Origin: an uncultured Bdellovibrio sp.
Lineage (GTDB): Bacteria > Bdellovibrionota > UBA1018
Length of the DNA: 64,000 bases
Direction of reading: 5' to 3'
Assembly: GCA_964490895.1 (NCBI GenBank)
Contig: CAZBEI010000065.1
Location: 1,192 to 65,191, forward strand
The translations under genes were made by a program, and so were the position numbers. Positions 26,262 through 35,093 of this stretch are shown here, piece after piece (the stretch's first letter is position 1; each line of letters begins with the position of its first letter). The notes beneath the pieces are model-generated. The model ran no database searches and had not been told where the DNA came from. It was given only the letters and a program-made list of their open reading frames with translations.

Positions 26262-27179
26262 GTGCATATCACTTTGGAAGAAGCCCGCACTTTGGATGCT
26301 GTTGTTCAGTTCGGAAGTTTTTCGAAAGCAGCACAAAATCTTCGCAAGAGTCATTCTGCTATCATCTATTCGCTGAAATCCTTAGAAACACAAACGGGTT
26401 TGCGCATTCTCGACAGAACGCAGTATCGAACCACGCTCACGCCCACAGGGAAACGCGTGTGGGAGCAGTGTAAAAAACTTTTGTCTTCTGAGCAAGATTT
26501 TACACACCTTTGCCGGAATCTTGGCTCTGGATGGGAGCCCTACCTAAAAATTGTGGTCGACGGACTCATTCCATTCGATTCCATTTTGCAGGCGCTCGAA
26601 AAACTAAGCCAACAGAAAGTTCCCACCAAAATCATGCTCTATGAGGAGTTTCTAGGTGGCGTGGAAAACAGTTTTATAGAAAATAGTGCGGATGTTATGA
26701 TCTCGGTGATTCCTCCAGAAAAAACTGTGCTTGAACCCATAAAACTTTGCCCGATCAGTAGCTACTTGGTCGTGAACAAGGAGCACTTCTTGGCTAAAAC
26801 ACGCAAGCGCCTGACGATTAGCCAGCTGCAAGAGTATCCCTTTCTCACCGTACGAGGATCGGATACAAGACTCAATCTCACAACCTCTGCCTTCGAGGAA
26901 TCATCGGCTTATCACCTGAACAATTTTCAGTCGAAGAAAGCAGCCATTCTCAAAGGGCTAGGTTTTGGTTGGCTACCGGAGTATTTGATCCATAAGGAAC
27001 TTGCAAAGAAAGAGCTTAAAATTGTTTACTGGGAGAAAAGCAGCGCGCACACTTACTTTCCTCATATCTATTGTCGAGGAACAAAGCATTTAGGTAAGGC
27101 TGGCTTGTCGTTTCTAAATGCATTGCTTTCATTTCAGCAGGTACCGAACTGTGAAGAATGTGCTCTTAAAACAAAATAA
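26262..27179 (+). CDS. LysR-family transcriptional regulator (divergent from hmgA-hppD-phhA)
   Basis: N-terminal HTH (LDAVVQFGSFSKAAQNLRKSHSAIIYSLKSLE). GTG start with RBS AAGAGGA. Confidence 0.8.
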   Translation: MHITLEEARTLDAVVQFGSFSKAAQNLRKSHSAIIYSLKSLETQTGLRILDRTQYRTTLTPTGKRVWEQCKKLLSSEQDFTHLCRNLGSGWEPYLKIVVDGLIPFDSILQALEKLSQQKVPTKIMLYEEFLGGVENSFIENSADVMISVIPPEKTVLEPIKLCPISSYLVVNKEHFLAKTRKRLTISQLQEYPFLTVRGSDTRLNLTTSAFEESSAYHLNNFQSKKAAILKGLGFGWLPEYLIHKELAKKELKIVYWEKSSAHTYFPHIYCRGTKHLGKAGLSFLNALLSFQQVPNCEECALKTK

Positions 27180-27267
27180 AAAAGCAAGATTGTGACAAAA
27201 AGGTATAATTAGAGAATTATTGTCTCATTTTTTTTCCAACATTAGAAACTTTATGCTTAATCCCACC

Positions 27268-27283
27268 TGGCATATTATTTGCA
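27268..27283 (+). promoter_or_regulatory. Sigma-54 promoter-like motif TGGCAT-N5-TTGCA (inside repeated element copy A)
   Basis: Near-consensus -24/-12. A TTGTGACAA palindrome lies ~75 bp upstream (27189-27197). Confidence 0.5.
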
Positions 27284-27301
27284 TCAGCACTGTACTTAAA
27301 A

Positions 27302-28057
27302 ATGCAAAAAAAAGTGGCCTCTAAAATTTTTGTAGTCAGTGCTATTTTTTTCCTAAGCGCCAATGCGACTGCACTCGAACAAACTGTCACACAAGGCATC
27401 AAGTCACTGGATTGCCAGAAAGAAATTTTAAGTCAACTCTCTCAGTGGGGAACCAAAAATGAGTGGATGACTCTGAAGCGTCCATTTGAAGACGAAAATT
27501 CCTACTTGAGTCCCACTCACGAAATCGGCGTTTGGGTCAAAATTCAATTTCAAACCCCACATGCACTTACCGCTTATCGAATGAATACAGAGCAAACAGA
27601 AAAAATCAATTGGGACAAAAAATGCCAAGCAACTTCTCAAATTCATGACACAAAAGGGGCGGAAGAAAAAAAAGACCCGGATTTATTGAGTGACAGTGAC
27701 TTAAAAGTCTTGATCAAAGATAATCCTTCTGGAATTTTATTTGTTTGGACCCCTCACACCCCTTGCTCGATCAAAGGGCTGAGAAATATCCAAATGGCTG
27801 CAAAAACACTCGGAGTTAAACTTTTTCCACTTTTACACCCCGCCTCCAACAGAAAGAGGGCTTGGCAAATGATCAGAGAGCTGCAACTTCCAGTCGATCA
27901 GTTGAGAGAAGTGGCGTCTTTAGAGCTTATTTTGAGAGGACTCATCAATCATGCTCCATCGATGATTGTGTTTTCGAAGGGAGAAATTAAAACTCCGATC
28001 TTGCGAGGCCCACACAGTTCTCTTAGATACCTCAACTTTGTAAAAGAAACCCTATGA
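27302..28057 (+). CDS. Secreted hypothetical protein
   Basis: Signal peptide; no recognised domain. Starts with MQKK, shared with the duplicated element. Confidence 0.45.
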   Translation: MQKKVASKIFVVSAIFFLSANATALEQTVTQGIKSLDCQKEILSQLSQWGTKNEWMTLKRPFEDENSYLSPTHEIGVWVKIQFQTPHALTAYRMNTEQTEKINWDKKCQATSQIHDTKGAEEKKDPDLLSDSDLKVLIKDNPSGILFVWTPHTPCSIKGLRNIQMAAKTLGVKLFPLLHPASNRKRAWQMIRELQLPVDQLREVASLELILRGLINHAPSMIVFSKGEIKTPILRGPHSSLRYLNFVKETL

Positions 28058-28067
28058 GGACAGGAAC

Positions 28068-29510
28068 TTGACAATGAAAAATATTCTCTCATGCTTGATA
28101 GTAGGGTTATTTTTTCTAAAACCCTCTCTAGCATCTTTGCCAAGCTATTGTTCTTTGCCTTCAGTGTATACAAAAATTTTACATACTTTTCCACGAGACG
28201 GTAAATTTTTAGACAATATTGCTTGGCTTTCAAATCCTGTCCCCAATTCTGTAGGACTTCCCTATCTCATTAGTTTTAGTCAGTTCATGGAAGATGGCAA
28301 AGACAAAAACTATATTCTCAATTTAGCCTCTGGAAAAACAGTCACTATTCCGGGTCAAGGAGATCCTGTGGTCACTCCAGACGGAAAATTTTTGACTATT
28401 CCAGGAGCTCACTCTGGAGAAAGCCAACTCCTTATTTTTTTAACTAAAACTGTTTTGAGGACTTTATTAAAAAAAGAGGCCGGCATTAATAGTCTCGAAA
28501 AAATAAAGCCCCTTTTTGTAGATCCAAAAGTCGAGGGGTATTGCCAGTCCTTTGGAGTATTGCCAAGCAAAAAAGGCACAATCCGATACAGACTCCTACA
28601 CACAGAAGGAGGCGGGCCCTTTCAGCTCACGGAGTACGAAGTTCATGAAAAAAACGGAAAATTTGAATTTAAAAATCTCGGGGCCATGCAGGTCTGTAGC
28701 AACATGCCGAATTCAGTCCACGACAATGGTACCGCGATTCTCTCAAAAGATGGACGCTATGTCTCTCTCTATGACTCTCAAGCACAGTCTACAAAGATTT
28801 TTGAACTCGAAGTAGCACAGGGAAAATGCTCTTGCAAAGAAGCCGTGGACTTCGGGTTTCCAACAGGAAGAGTGGATTTTAGCTACGATGGGAAAAAAAT
28901 TACTTTTCATGTCAATTTCTTAGGTATTGATTATGCAGACAATTATGTTTTAAAAGTCCCAGCATCTAAAATAAAAGACGTTTTTGTGGCCGAGCTTGAT
29001 TATAAAAATGGAAAAATAACCGGCATCAAAAAAATGGCGCGCTTGACAGCTTCTCAAAAAATGGGCGAAGGCTCTTATTTTCCGACTTTTTTGCCCAATG
29101 GAAAAATCTTTTATGTCTATCAAGACAACAGTGACCAACAGGACCGAAAATATCGACTTGAAGTCGTAGACTCTCGAAGTGCTAAGTATGAGGAAAATTT
29201 ATTTTCAAAACTCGACTCAGAAAAAGAGCAGGCTCGGTTTTTATCCAAAGTAGCATTGGGAAGACTTTGGTCCAAAGCCTGCGAACAAAAAATACTCACC
29301 CCCATTCAGTCAGCTCTGTACGCCATGAGTTTAGATACAAAATCCTGTCAATCTGTTGTGCGAGGTTCTTGGTCAAAATATAAATCTCAGATTTTAGTTG
29401 AGTTAACAGCTAACCGGAATGAAACGAGCTCAAGACTTAAAAAAATCAAGGACTCTGTTTTTAGACGTAAGATTTTTCAAGAGACACTCTTGGCGGCTTG
29501 TAGGCAATGA
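28068..29510 (+). CDS. Secreted protein with TolB/WD40-like beta-propeller repeats
   Basis: Signal peptide. Repeated DG-hydrophobic blades (TPDGKFLTIPG, SKDGRYVSLYD, SYDGKKITFHV, LPNGKIFYVYQD). Confidence 0.5.
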   Translation: MTMKNILSCLIVGLFFLKPSLASLPSYCSLPSVYTKILHTFPRDGKFLDNIAWLSNPVPNSVGLPYLISFSQFMEDGKDKNYILNLASGKTVTIPGQGDPVVTPDGKFLTIPGAHSGESQLLIFLTKTVLRTLLKKEAGINSLEKIKPLFVDPKVEGYCQSFGVLPSKKGTIRYRLLHTEGGGPFQLTEYEVHEKNGKFEFKNLGAMQVCSNMPNSVHDNGTAILSKDGRYVSLYDSQAQSTKIFELEVAQGKCSCKEAVDFGFPTGRVDFSYDGKKITFHVNFLGIDYADNYVLKVPASKIKDVFVAELDYKNGKITGIKKMARLTASQKMGEGSYFPTFLPNGKIFYVYQDNSDQQDRKYRLEVVDSRSAKYEENLFSKLDSEKEQARFLSKVALGRLWSKACEQKILTPIQSALYAMSLDTKSCQSVVRGSWSKYKSQILVELTANRNETSSRLKKIKDSVFRRKIFQETLLAACRQ

Positions 29511-29624
29511 GTGTGCTCAAAACACTATCCATATAAAAAGCAAGATTGTGACAAAAAAGCATTTTTTTGAGAATTATTGTCCCGTTTTTTTAAAACGTTA
29601 GAAACTTTAATGCTTAACATTGCC

Positions 29625-29640
29625 TGGCCTATTACTTGCA
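29625..29640 (+). promoter_or_regulatory. Sigma-54 promoter-like motif TGGCCT-N5-TTGCA (inside repeated element copy B) upstream of the Mo-enzyme operon
   Basis: Near-consensus -24/-12, 17 bp upstream of the ATG at 29657. The TTGTGACAA palindrome lies ~75 bp upstream (29544-29552). Confidence 0.5.
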
Positions 29641-29656
29641 CCAATAAAGACTACAA

Positions 29657-30466
29657 ATGCAAAAAAGAGGGGCTGAGAGCCAAGAAATTGACTTCGACTG
29701 TGTAGATTTTCATCGCCGATGGGAAAGAGCACGTATTTCTGCTCTTAAAAAAGCATTAGATTTTATCCCACAGGCTCTAGATACGGAAAAAGAGTTTCAA
29801 CTTCTCACACTGGTAAGACCAGAATCTGAAAACCTTGTGTTAAAGCTTGTGTTTGACCATAGTTTTCAACTTGGAAAAAGTTTATCCCTGTTTTTGAAAC
29901 GCCCCATCACACTGAAAGAAATCAAAAAAATCATAACCTCATCAAACCAATCTTGTCACCAGGGAGTTTGGCAAGATAAAGGCTTTGCTTTTGTATTAGA
30001 ACGAGAGGGATGTGATTCACAAAAGAAAACAGGAAAGTTTTACTGCCAGTACTCTAGGGAAGCTATGGATGGTTTGACTATGGGGGCGTGCAAAGACGAG
30101 GGGTATGCACGCCACAAAAGCGTAGGGCATGGAGATGAAAACTGTGTTGATGTTTTCTACAGTGAAAATGCGAGATCCAATCAGTTTGGAGGCATTGCAA
30201 AAGAAATATCTGAAAAACTAGAGTTTCTGCAAGAAGAGTTTGAAAAAATGAACTTGAACCTCGTTTTTGATGGAATTCGAGAAGGTACGTTATTTTACCA
30301 ACTTACCTCTAAAAATAGCTCTCTGTGTGGAAGTTCTGAAGACTTATTTCACCGTACCATTCAAGAAAGAATTAAAAAAGAATTCCCACTCCTTATCGTT
30401 CAAAATAGAACACCAAAATCTGTATTGGCAAAAAACAAAAATCACGAGGTGTATCCCCATGCCTAA
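29657..30466 (+). CDS. Hypothetical Cys/His-rich cytoplasmic protein translationally coupled to the molybdoenzyme alpha subunit
   Basis: 269 aa, no signal peptide. Its stop overlaps the alpha start (ATGCCTAA). Start codon uncertain. Confidence 0.4.
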   Translation: MQKRGAESQEIDFDCVDFHRRWERARISALKKALDFIPQALDTEKEFQLLTLVRPESENLVLKLVFDHSFQLGKSLSLFLKRPITLKEIKKIITSSNQSCHQGVWQDKGFAFVLEREGCDSQKKTGKFYCQYSREAMDGLTMGACKDEGYARHKSVGHGDENCVDVFYSENARSNQFGGIAKEISEKLEFLQEEFEKMNLNLVFDGIREGTLFYQLTSKNSSLCGSSEDLFHRTIQERIKKEFPLLIVQNRTPKSVLAKNKNHEVYPHA

Positions 30467-33400
30467 CGCAATTAAAAGAAGAGATTTTCTAAAAGGAATG
30501 GCTTATGTGGGCTCTTGGGGAGTGGCTTCGTCATGGATGCTCTCCCATAAACTCATGGCTGCTCCCATTCGTTACTTTAAACCCACCCACATCGAAAATC
30601 CTCTCGCTTTTTATCCGAATCGAGACTGGGAAAAAGTCTATCGTAATATTTTTGAACCAGACTCCTCTTTTGTTTTTTTATGCGCCCCCAATGACACCCA
30701 CAACTGCCTCCTAAAAGCTTATGTAAAAAATGGAGTCATTATCCGAATTGGACCCAGTTATGGTTATGGAAAAGCAACGGACCTCTATGGCAATCAGGCT
30801 TCTCATCGGTGGGATCCGAGAATTTGTCAAAAGGGGCTCGCTCTTGTTCGCAGAATATATGGAGACCGTAGAGTAAAAGCTCCCATGGTGAGGCGAGGGT
30901 TTAAGCAGTGGGTAGAAGACGGATTTCCAAGAGATCCATTGACTGGAAAACCAGATCCTAAATATTTCGAGCGCGGAAAAGACAAGTGGTTAAGGATCGA
31001 CTGGGAGGGAGCCTATGATTTGTCAGCTCGTACGATTGAGAATATCAGCAAAACTTATTCTGGAGAAAGTGGAGCAAAATTGCTTAAAGCACAAGGATAT
31101 GACCCCAGCATGATTGAGGCAACAGAAGGTGCGGGGACTCAGACTATTAAGCTTCGGGGTGGGATGGCATTCTTGGGTGCAACACGGATTTTTGGGCTTT
31201 ATCGATTTGCCAATATGCTCGCACTCATGGATGCAAAACAGCGTGGAGTTTCGCCTGATCAAGCCATCGGTGCAAGAGGTTGGGACAGTTATAGCTGGCA
31301 CACGGATCTCCCTCCTGGGCATCCCATGGTTACAGGGGCACAGACCAATGACTTTGATCTTTTTTCTACAGAATATTCAAAATTAATCATTGCCTGGGGA
31401 ATGAATTGGATCACCACTAAAATGCCAGACTCCCATTGGCTAACAGAGGCGCGGTTGAAGGGAGCAAAGACTGTTGCTGTAACGGTAGAATACAGTGCTA
31501 CGGGATCAAAGTGTGACGATGTCATTATTATCCGTCCTGGAACAGATCCTGCATTTGCCCTGGGAGTTGCGCAAGTTATTATTTCTAAAAAATTGTATGA
31601 CGAAGACTTTGTGCAAAAAAATACGGATTTACCTTTTTTAATTCGCTTAGACACGCTCCAACCTCTCCGCCCAGAAGAAGTGTTTGCAAACTATAAAGCC
31701 ACTCCTATCGAAACCATGAGCTTTATCAAGAAAGGCGAAAAAACATTACCAGGGAATTTACAAAAAAATCAATTTGCAAATGAGAACATGCAAAAAGATT
31801 TTAGTCCGTACGTTATTTTTGATAAAAAAATAAAAAAATTAGTCCCGGTAACACGAGACCAATGGGGACAGACATTCTCTCAAACCGAAATGAAGCCAGA
31901 CCTAAGAGCCCATCGAAAAATAAAACTCATTAACGGCAATGAAGTCGAAGTCAGAACGGTTTTCCATTTGACAGAGGAATATCTCAATAAAAACTTTACA
32001 CCCAAACTCACCGCTCTTGTCACAGGAACCCCAGAAAAAACCATCGTCAATCTTGCACTGGATATTGCAAAAAATAAGGAAAAAACTCTTTTTGCCTGCG
32101 GAATGGGCCCCAATCAGTTTTTTAACTCAGATCTAAAAGACAGGGCTATTTTTTTAGTGGCTGCTCTGACTCGAAATGTTGGCTTTCCGGGTGGAAACGT
32201 GGGGAGCTATGCCGGAAATTATAGAGCGGCACTTTTTGGAGGGATACCACAATTTGCAACAGAAGATCCCTTTCACCTCCAACTTGAAAAAGGAGGCAAA
32301 ATTACAGTAAAAAAATATCTCCATTATGAGTCACTCCATTATTTTAACTATGGAGACAGACCCTTAAGACTTGGCAACAAACTTTTTACAGGACATGGCC
32401 ACTTGCCCACTCCTACAAAAATGATGTGGTTAAATAACTCTAACTCAGTGATCGGTAACATTAAATGGCATTTCGATGTCGTCAATAATACTCTTCCAAA
32501 GCTAGAGTTTATTGCTTACTCAGATTGGTGGTGGACTGGATCCTGCGAGTACTCAGACATTGTATATGGTGTAGATAGTTGGGCTGAGTTCAAGGTTCCA
32601 GACATGTGTGGCTCTTGCACGAACCCTTTTGTTCAGATTTATCCGAGAACTCCCGTTCCAAGAATTTTTAATACCAAAAGTGATATTGAAGTGATTGCTG
32701 GTGTATCCAAACGATTGGGCGAGATTTTGAACGAACCTCGCATGAAAGACATGTGGAAGTTTGTTTCCGATGGTGACGTCGACGAATATCTGCAGAGAGT
32801 GATTGATCATTCGTTTACGCTAAAAGGATATGACTTTAAAACTCTAGAAAAAAATGCCAAAGAAGGGATTCCAGCTTTACTCAATACAAGGACTTACCCG
32901 AGAGTTTCCTCCTTTGAGCAAGCAAAAAACGAACAACCTTGGCACACAAAATCTGGTCGGCTAGAGTTTTATCGATTCGAATCGGACTTCATTGATAGCG
33001 GAGAAAACATGGTTGTTTACCGAGAGCCCATTGACTCCACTCATTATGAACCTAACGTGATTGTAGCTCATCCTCATACAGCCATTCGGCCAAAAACTCC
33101 AAAAGATTATGGACTCGATCCAAAGGATCTTTCGGTGGAGGCAAGACAGGTCAGAAATGTTCTGAAAACGCCAGAAGAGTTGATTCGATCTCAACATCCG
33201 CTGAAATTAAAATTATACTCTCACGTTTACCACACTCCTAAGTACCGACATGGAGCTCATTCGACCCCTGTCGATACTGATTATACTTCGGTTTGGTTTG
33301 GTCCATTTGGGGACGTGTATCGACACGACAAGAGAATGCCTGCCAACTCTGAAGGCTACGTTGACATCAATCCGCTCGATGCAAAGGCTTTAGGCGTAGA

Positions 33401-33941
33401 AGATGGAGATTATGTCTATATTGACGCTGACCCAGAAGATCGGCCTTTTAGGGGTTGGAAAGAAAATACACTGGAGTACAAAGTCGCACGGCTGCTTTTG
33501 AGAGCTCGTTATTACCCGGGCACACCCCGTGGAATCGCGCGCACTTGGCACAACATGTATGGTGCGACGTTGGGCAGCGTAAAAGCTCACGAAACGAGGC
33601 CAGACGGTTTGGCAAAAAATACTGAAACCAACTATCAGTCTATGTACCGTTATGGGAGCCATCAAAGTGCCACACGAGCATGGCTCAGGCCCACTCTCAT
33701 GACAGAATCCCTTGTCCACAAGGGCATGTTTGGCCAAGGAATTGAAAAGGGTTTTGCTCCTGATATTCATTGCCCAGTGGGTGCTCCCAGAGAAGCTTTT
33801 GTGAAAATCACTAAAGCAGAATTAGGGGGTATGGATGGAAAGGGAATGTGGAGGCCCGCCTCACTTGGCTTCAGACCTACCTACGAAAACAAAGCAATGA
33901 AAGAGTATCTAAAGGGTCATTTCTTAAAGAAAAAATCTTAG
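30459..33941 (+). CDS. Type II DMSO-reductase-family molybdoenzyme alpha subunit, periplasmic nitrate reductase / nitrite oxidoreductase-like (NarG/NxrA-type), Tat-exported
   Basis: Start at MPNAIKRRDFLKG (twin-arginine motif) with RBS GAGGTG; the track ORF begins upstream at 30267. About 1160 aa. The first Fe-S (FS0) motif C-x3-D-x3-C aligns to NarG H-x3-C-x3-C next to YVKNG. The Mo-ligand Asp region TTKMPDSHWLTEARLKGAKTVAV parallels NarG. Confidence 0.85.
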   Translation: MPNAIKRRDFLKGMAYVGSWGVASSWMLSHKLMAAPIRYFKPTHIENPLAFYPNRDWEKVYRNIFEPDSSFVFLCAPNDTHNCLLKAYVKNGVIIRIGPSYGYGKATDLYGNQASHRWDPRICQKGLALVRRIYGDRRVKAPMVRRGFKQWVEDGFPRDPLTGKPDPKYFERGKDKWLRIDWEGAYDLSARTIENISKTYSGESGAKLLKAQGYDPSMIEATEGAGTQTIKLRGGMAFLGATRIFGLYRFANMLALMDAKQRGVSPDQAIGARGWDSYSWHTDLPPGHPMVTGAQTNDFDLFSTEYSKLIIAWGMNWITTKMPDSHWLTEARLKGAKTVAVTVEYSATGSKCDDVIIIRPGTDPAFALGVAQVIISKKLYDEDFVQKNTDLPFLIRLDTLQPLRPEEVFANYKATPIETMSFIKKGEKTLPGNLQKNQFANENMQKDFSPYVIFDKKIKKLVPVTRDQWGQTFSQTEMKPDLRAHRKIKLINGNEVEVRTVFHLTEEYLNKNFTPKLTALVTGTPEKTIVNLALDIAKNKEKTLFACGMGPNQFFNSDLKDRAIFLVAALTRNVGFPGGNVGSYAGNYRAALFGGIPQFATEDPFHLQLEKGGKITVKKYLHYESLHYFNYGDRPLRLGNKLFTGHGHLPTPTKMMWLNNSNSVIGNIKWHFDVVNNTLPKLEFIAYSDWWWTGSCEYSDIVYGVDSWAEFKVPDMCGSCTNPFVQIYPRTPVPRIFNTKSDIEVIAGVSKRLGEILNEPRMKDMWKFVSDGDVDEYLQRVIDHSFTLKGYDFKTLEKNAKEGIPALLNTRTYPRVSSFEQAKNEQPWHTKSGRLEFYRFESDFIDSGENMVVYREPIDSTHYEPNVIVAHPHTAIRPKTPKDYGLDPKDLSVEARQVRNVLKTPEELIRSQHPLKLKLYSHVYHTPKYRHGAHSTPVDTDYTSVWFGPFGDVYRHDKRMPANSEGYVDINPLDAKALGVEDGDYVYIDADPEDRPFRGWKENTLEYKVARLLLRARYYPGTPRGIARTWHNMYGATLGSVKAHETRPDGLAKNTETNYQSMYRYGSHQSATRAWLRPTLMTESLVHKGMFGQGIEKGFAPDIHCPVGAPREAFVKITKAELGGMDGKGMWRPASLGFRPTYENKAMKEYLKGHFLKKKS

Positions 33942-33949
33942 GAGAGTTT

Positions 33950-35080
33950 ATGTCAAAAGTAAAAAATTGGCACTTGGGACGTGAGATGGAATATGTTTAC
34001 GAAGAACATCGCCCCAAAAAACAATGGTCCATAGTATTCGATTTGAATAAATGCATTGCCTGCCAAACTTGTACACTGGCTTGTAAAACCACCTGGACGA
34101 GTGGAAAAGGCCAGGAATACATGTTTTGGAATAATGTCGAAACAAAGCCCTATGGGAGCTATCCACTGGCATGGGATGTGCGAGTTTTAGAAAAACTAGG
34201 TCAACAAGAGTGGGGGAAAAAAGAACCTTATTACGGGAAGACGATTTTTGAGGGAGCCCTGCCGACCGAAAGGGCCGTACACTTTCATCCCAAAGACGAA
34301 GACTGGATGTATCCCAATCAGGGCGAAGATGATTGCTTAGGAAATGTAACAAGGGGTGACTCTATTACTCTTCCGCACGACAAGTGGTTTTTTTATTTAC
34401 CTAGAACTTGTGCTCATTGTACTTATCCCGCTTGTCTCGCTGCATGCCCCAGAAAAGCAATTTATAAAAGAGACGAAGACGGAATTGTTTTGATCGATCA
34501 ATCCAGGTGCAAAGGCTATGGAGAATGCGTTCGAGCCTGCCCATACAAAAAATCAATGTACAACCCTTATACAAGAGTGAGCGAAAAATGTATCGGTTGC
34601 TATCCCGCAGTTGAGAAGGGCTATCAACCCATGTGTGTGCAAAACTGTATTGGGAAAATTAGAATCATGGGGTTTGTAAACCCTCCCTGGAAAGTGAGAG
34701 AGAATAATCCAATTGATTATTTGATTCACAAAAAAGAATTAGCCCTGCCTTACTATCCACAACTGGGATTAGAGCCTAATATCTATTACATCCCACCCAT
34801 CCATGCTGATAAAACATACCTCACTCAAATGTTTGGACCCAATGTCGAACACTCAATAGAACAATATAAAAAAATAAAGAACGACATTACAACACAGGGT
34901 CTTTTGGTTTTGATGGGTAGTACGGATCGAATTATTCATAGTTTTGAAGTTAAAAACAATACGGCCTATGGATATGACGAAAAGGGAGACGAAATTGTCC
35001 ATGTTCCTATCACAGAACCACTTTATGAGAGAGAAAGCTTTGATGCCAAACGTCAGGTTGTCAGGAACAATACGCCCTAA
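33950..35080 (+). CDS. Molybdoenzyme beta subunit (four Fe-S clusters; NarH/NxrB-like)
   Basis: Start at MSKVKNW with RBS GGAGAG. Cys clusters CIACQTCTLAC, CAHCTYPACLAACP, CKGYGECVRACP, CIGCYP..C. Confidence 0.8.
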   Translation: MSKVKNWHLGREMEYVYEEHRPKKQWSIVFDLNKCIACQTCTLACKTTWTSGKGQEYMFWNNVETKPYGSYPLAWDVRVLEKLGQQEWGKKEPYYGKTIFEGALPTERAVHFHPKDEDWMYPNQGEDDCLGNVTRGDSITLPHDKWFFYLPRTCAHCTYPACLAACPRKAIYKRDEDGIVLIDQSRCKGYGECVRACPYKKSMYNPYTRVSEKCIGCYPAVEKGYQPMCVQNCIGKIRIMGFVNPPWKVRENNPIDYLIHKKELALPYYPQLGLEPNIYYIPPIHADKTYLTQMFGPNVEHSIEQYKKIKNDITTQGLLVLMGSTDRIIHSFEVKNNTAYGYDEKGDEIVHVPITEPLYERESFDAKRQVVRNNTP

Positions 35081-35093
35081 CTAAGGAGTAAAC

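Noticed and set aside
30267-30458. N-terminal extension of the alpha-subunit ORF (MMEFEKVRYF...)
   Set aside because: This region is the coding 3' end of the upstream gene in another frame. The Tat motif, RBS GAGGTG and coupling overlap all point to the start at 30459.
33848-33949. N-terminal extension of the beta-subunit ORF
   Set aside because: It overlaps the alpha-subunit 3' end. RBS GGAGAG and the ATG at 33950 right after the alpha stop give the expected start.
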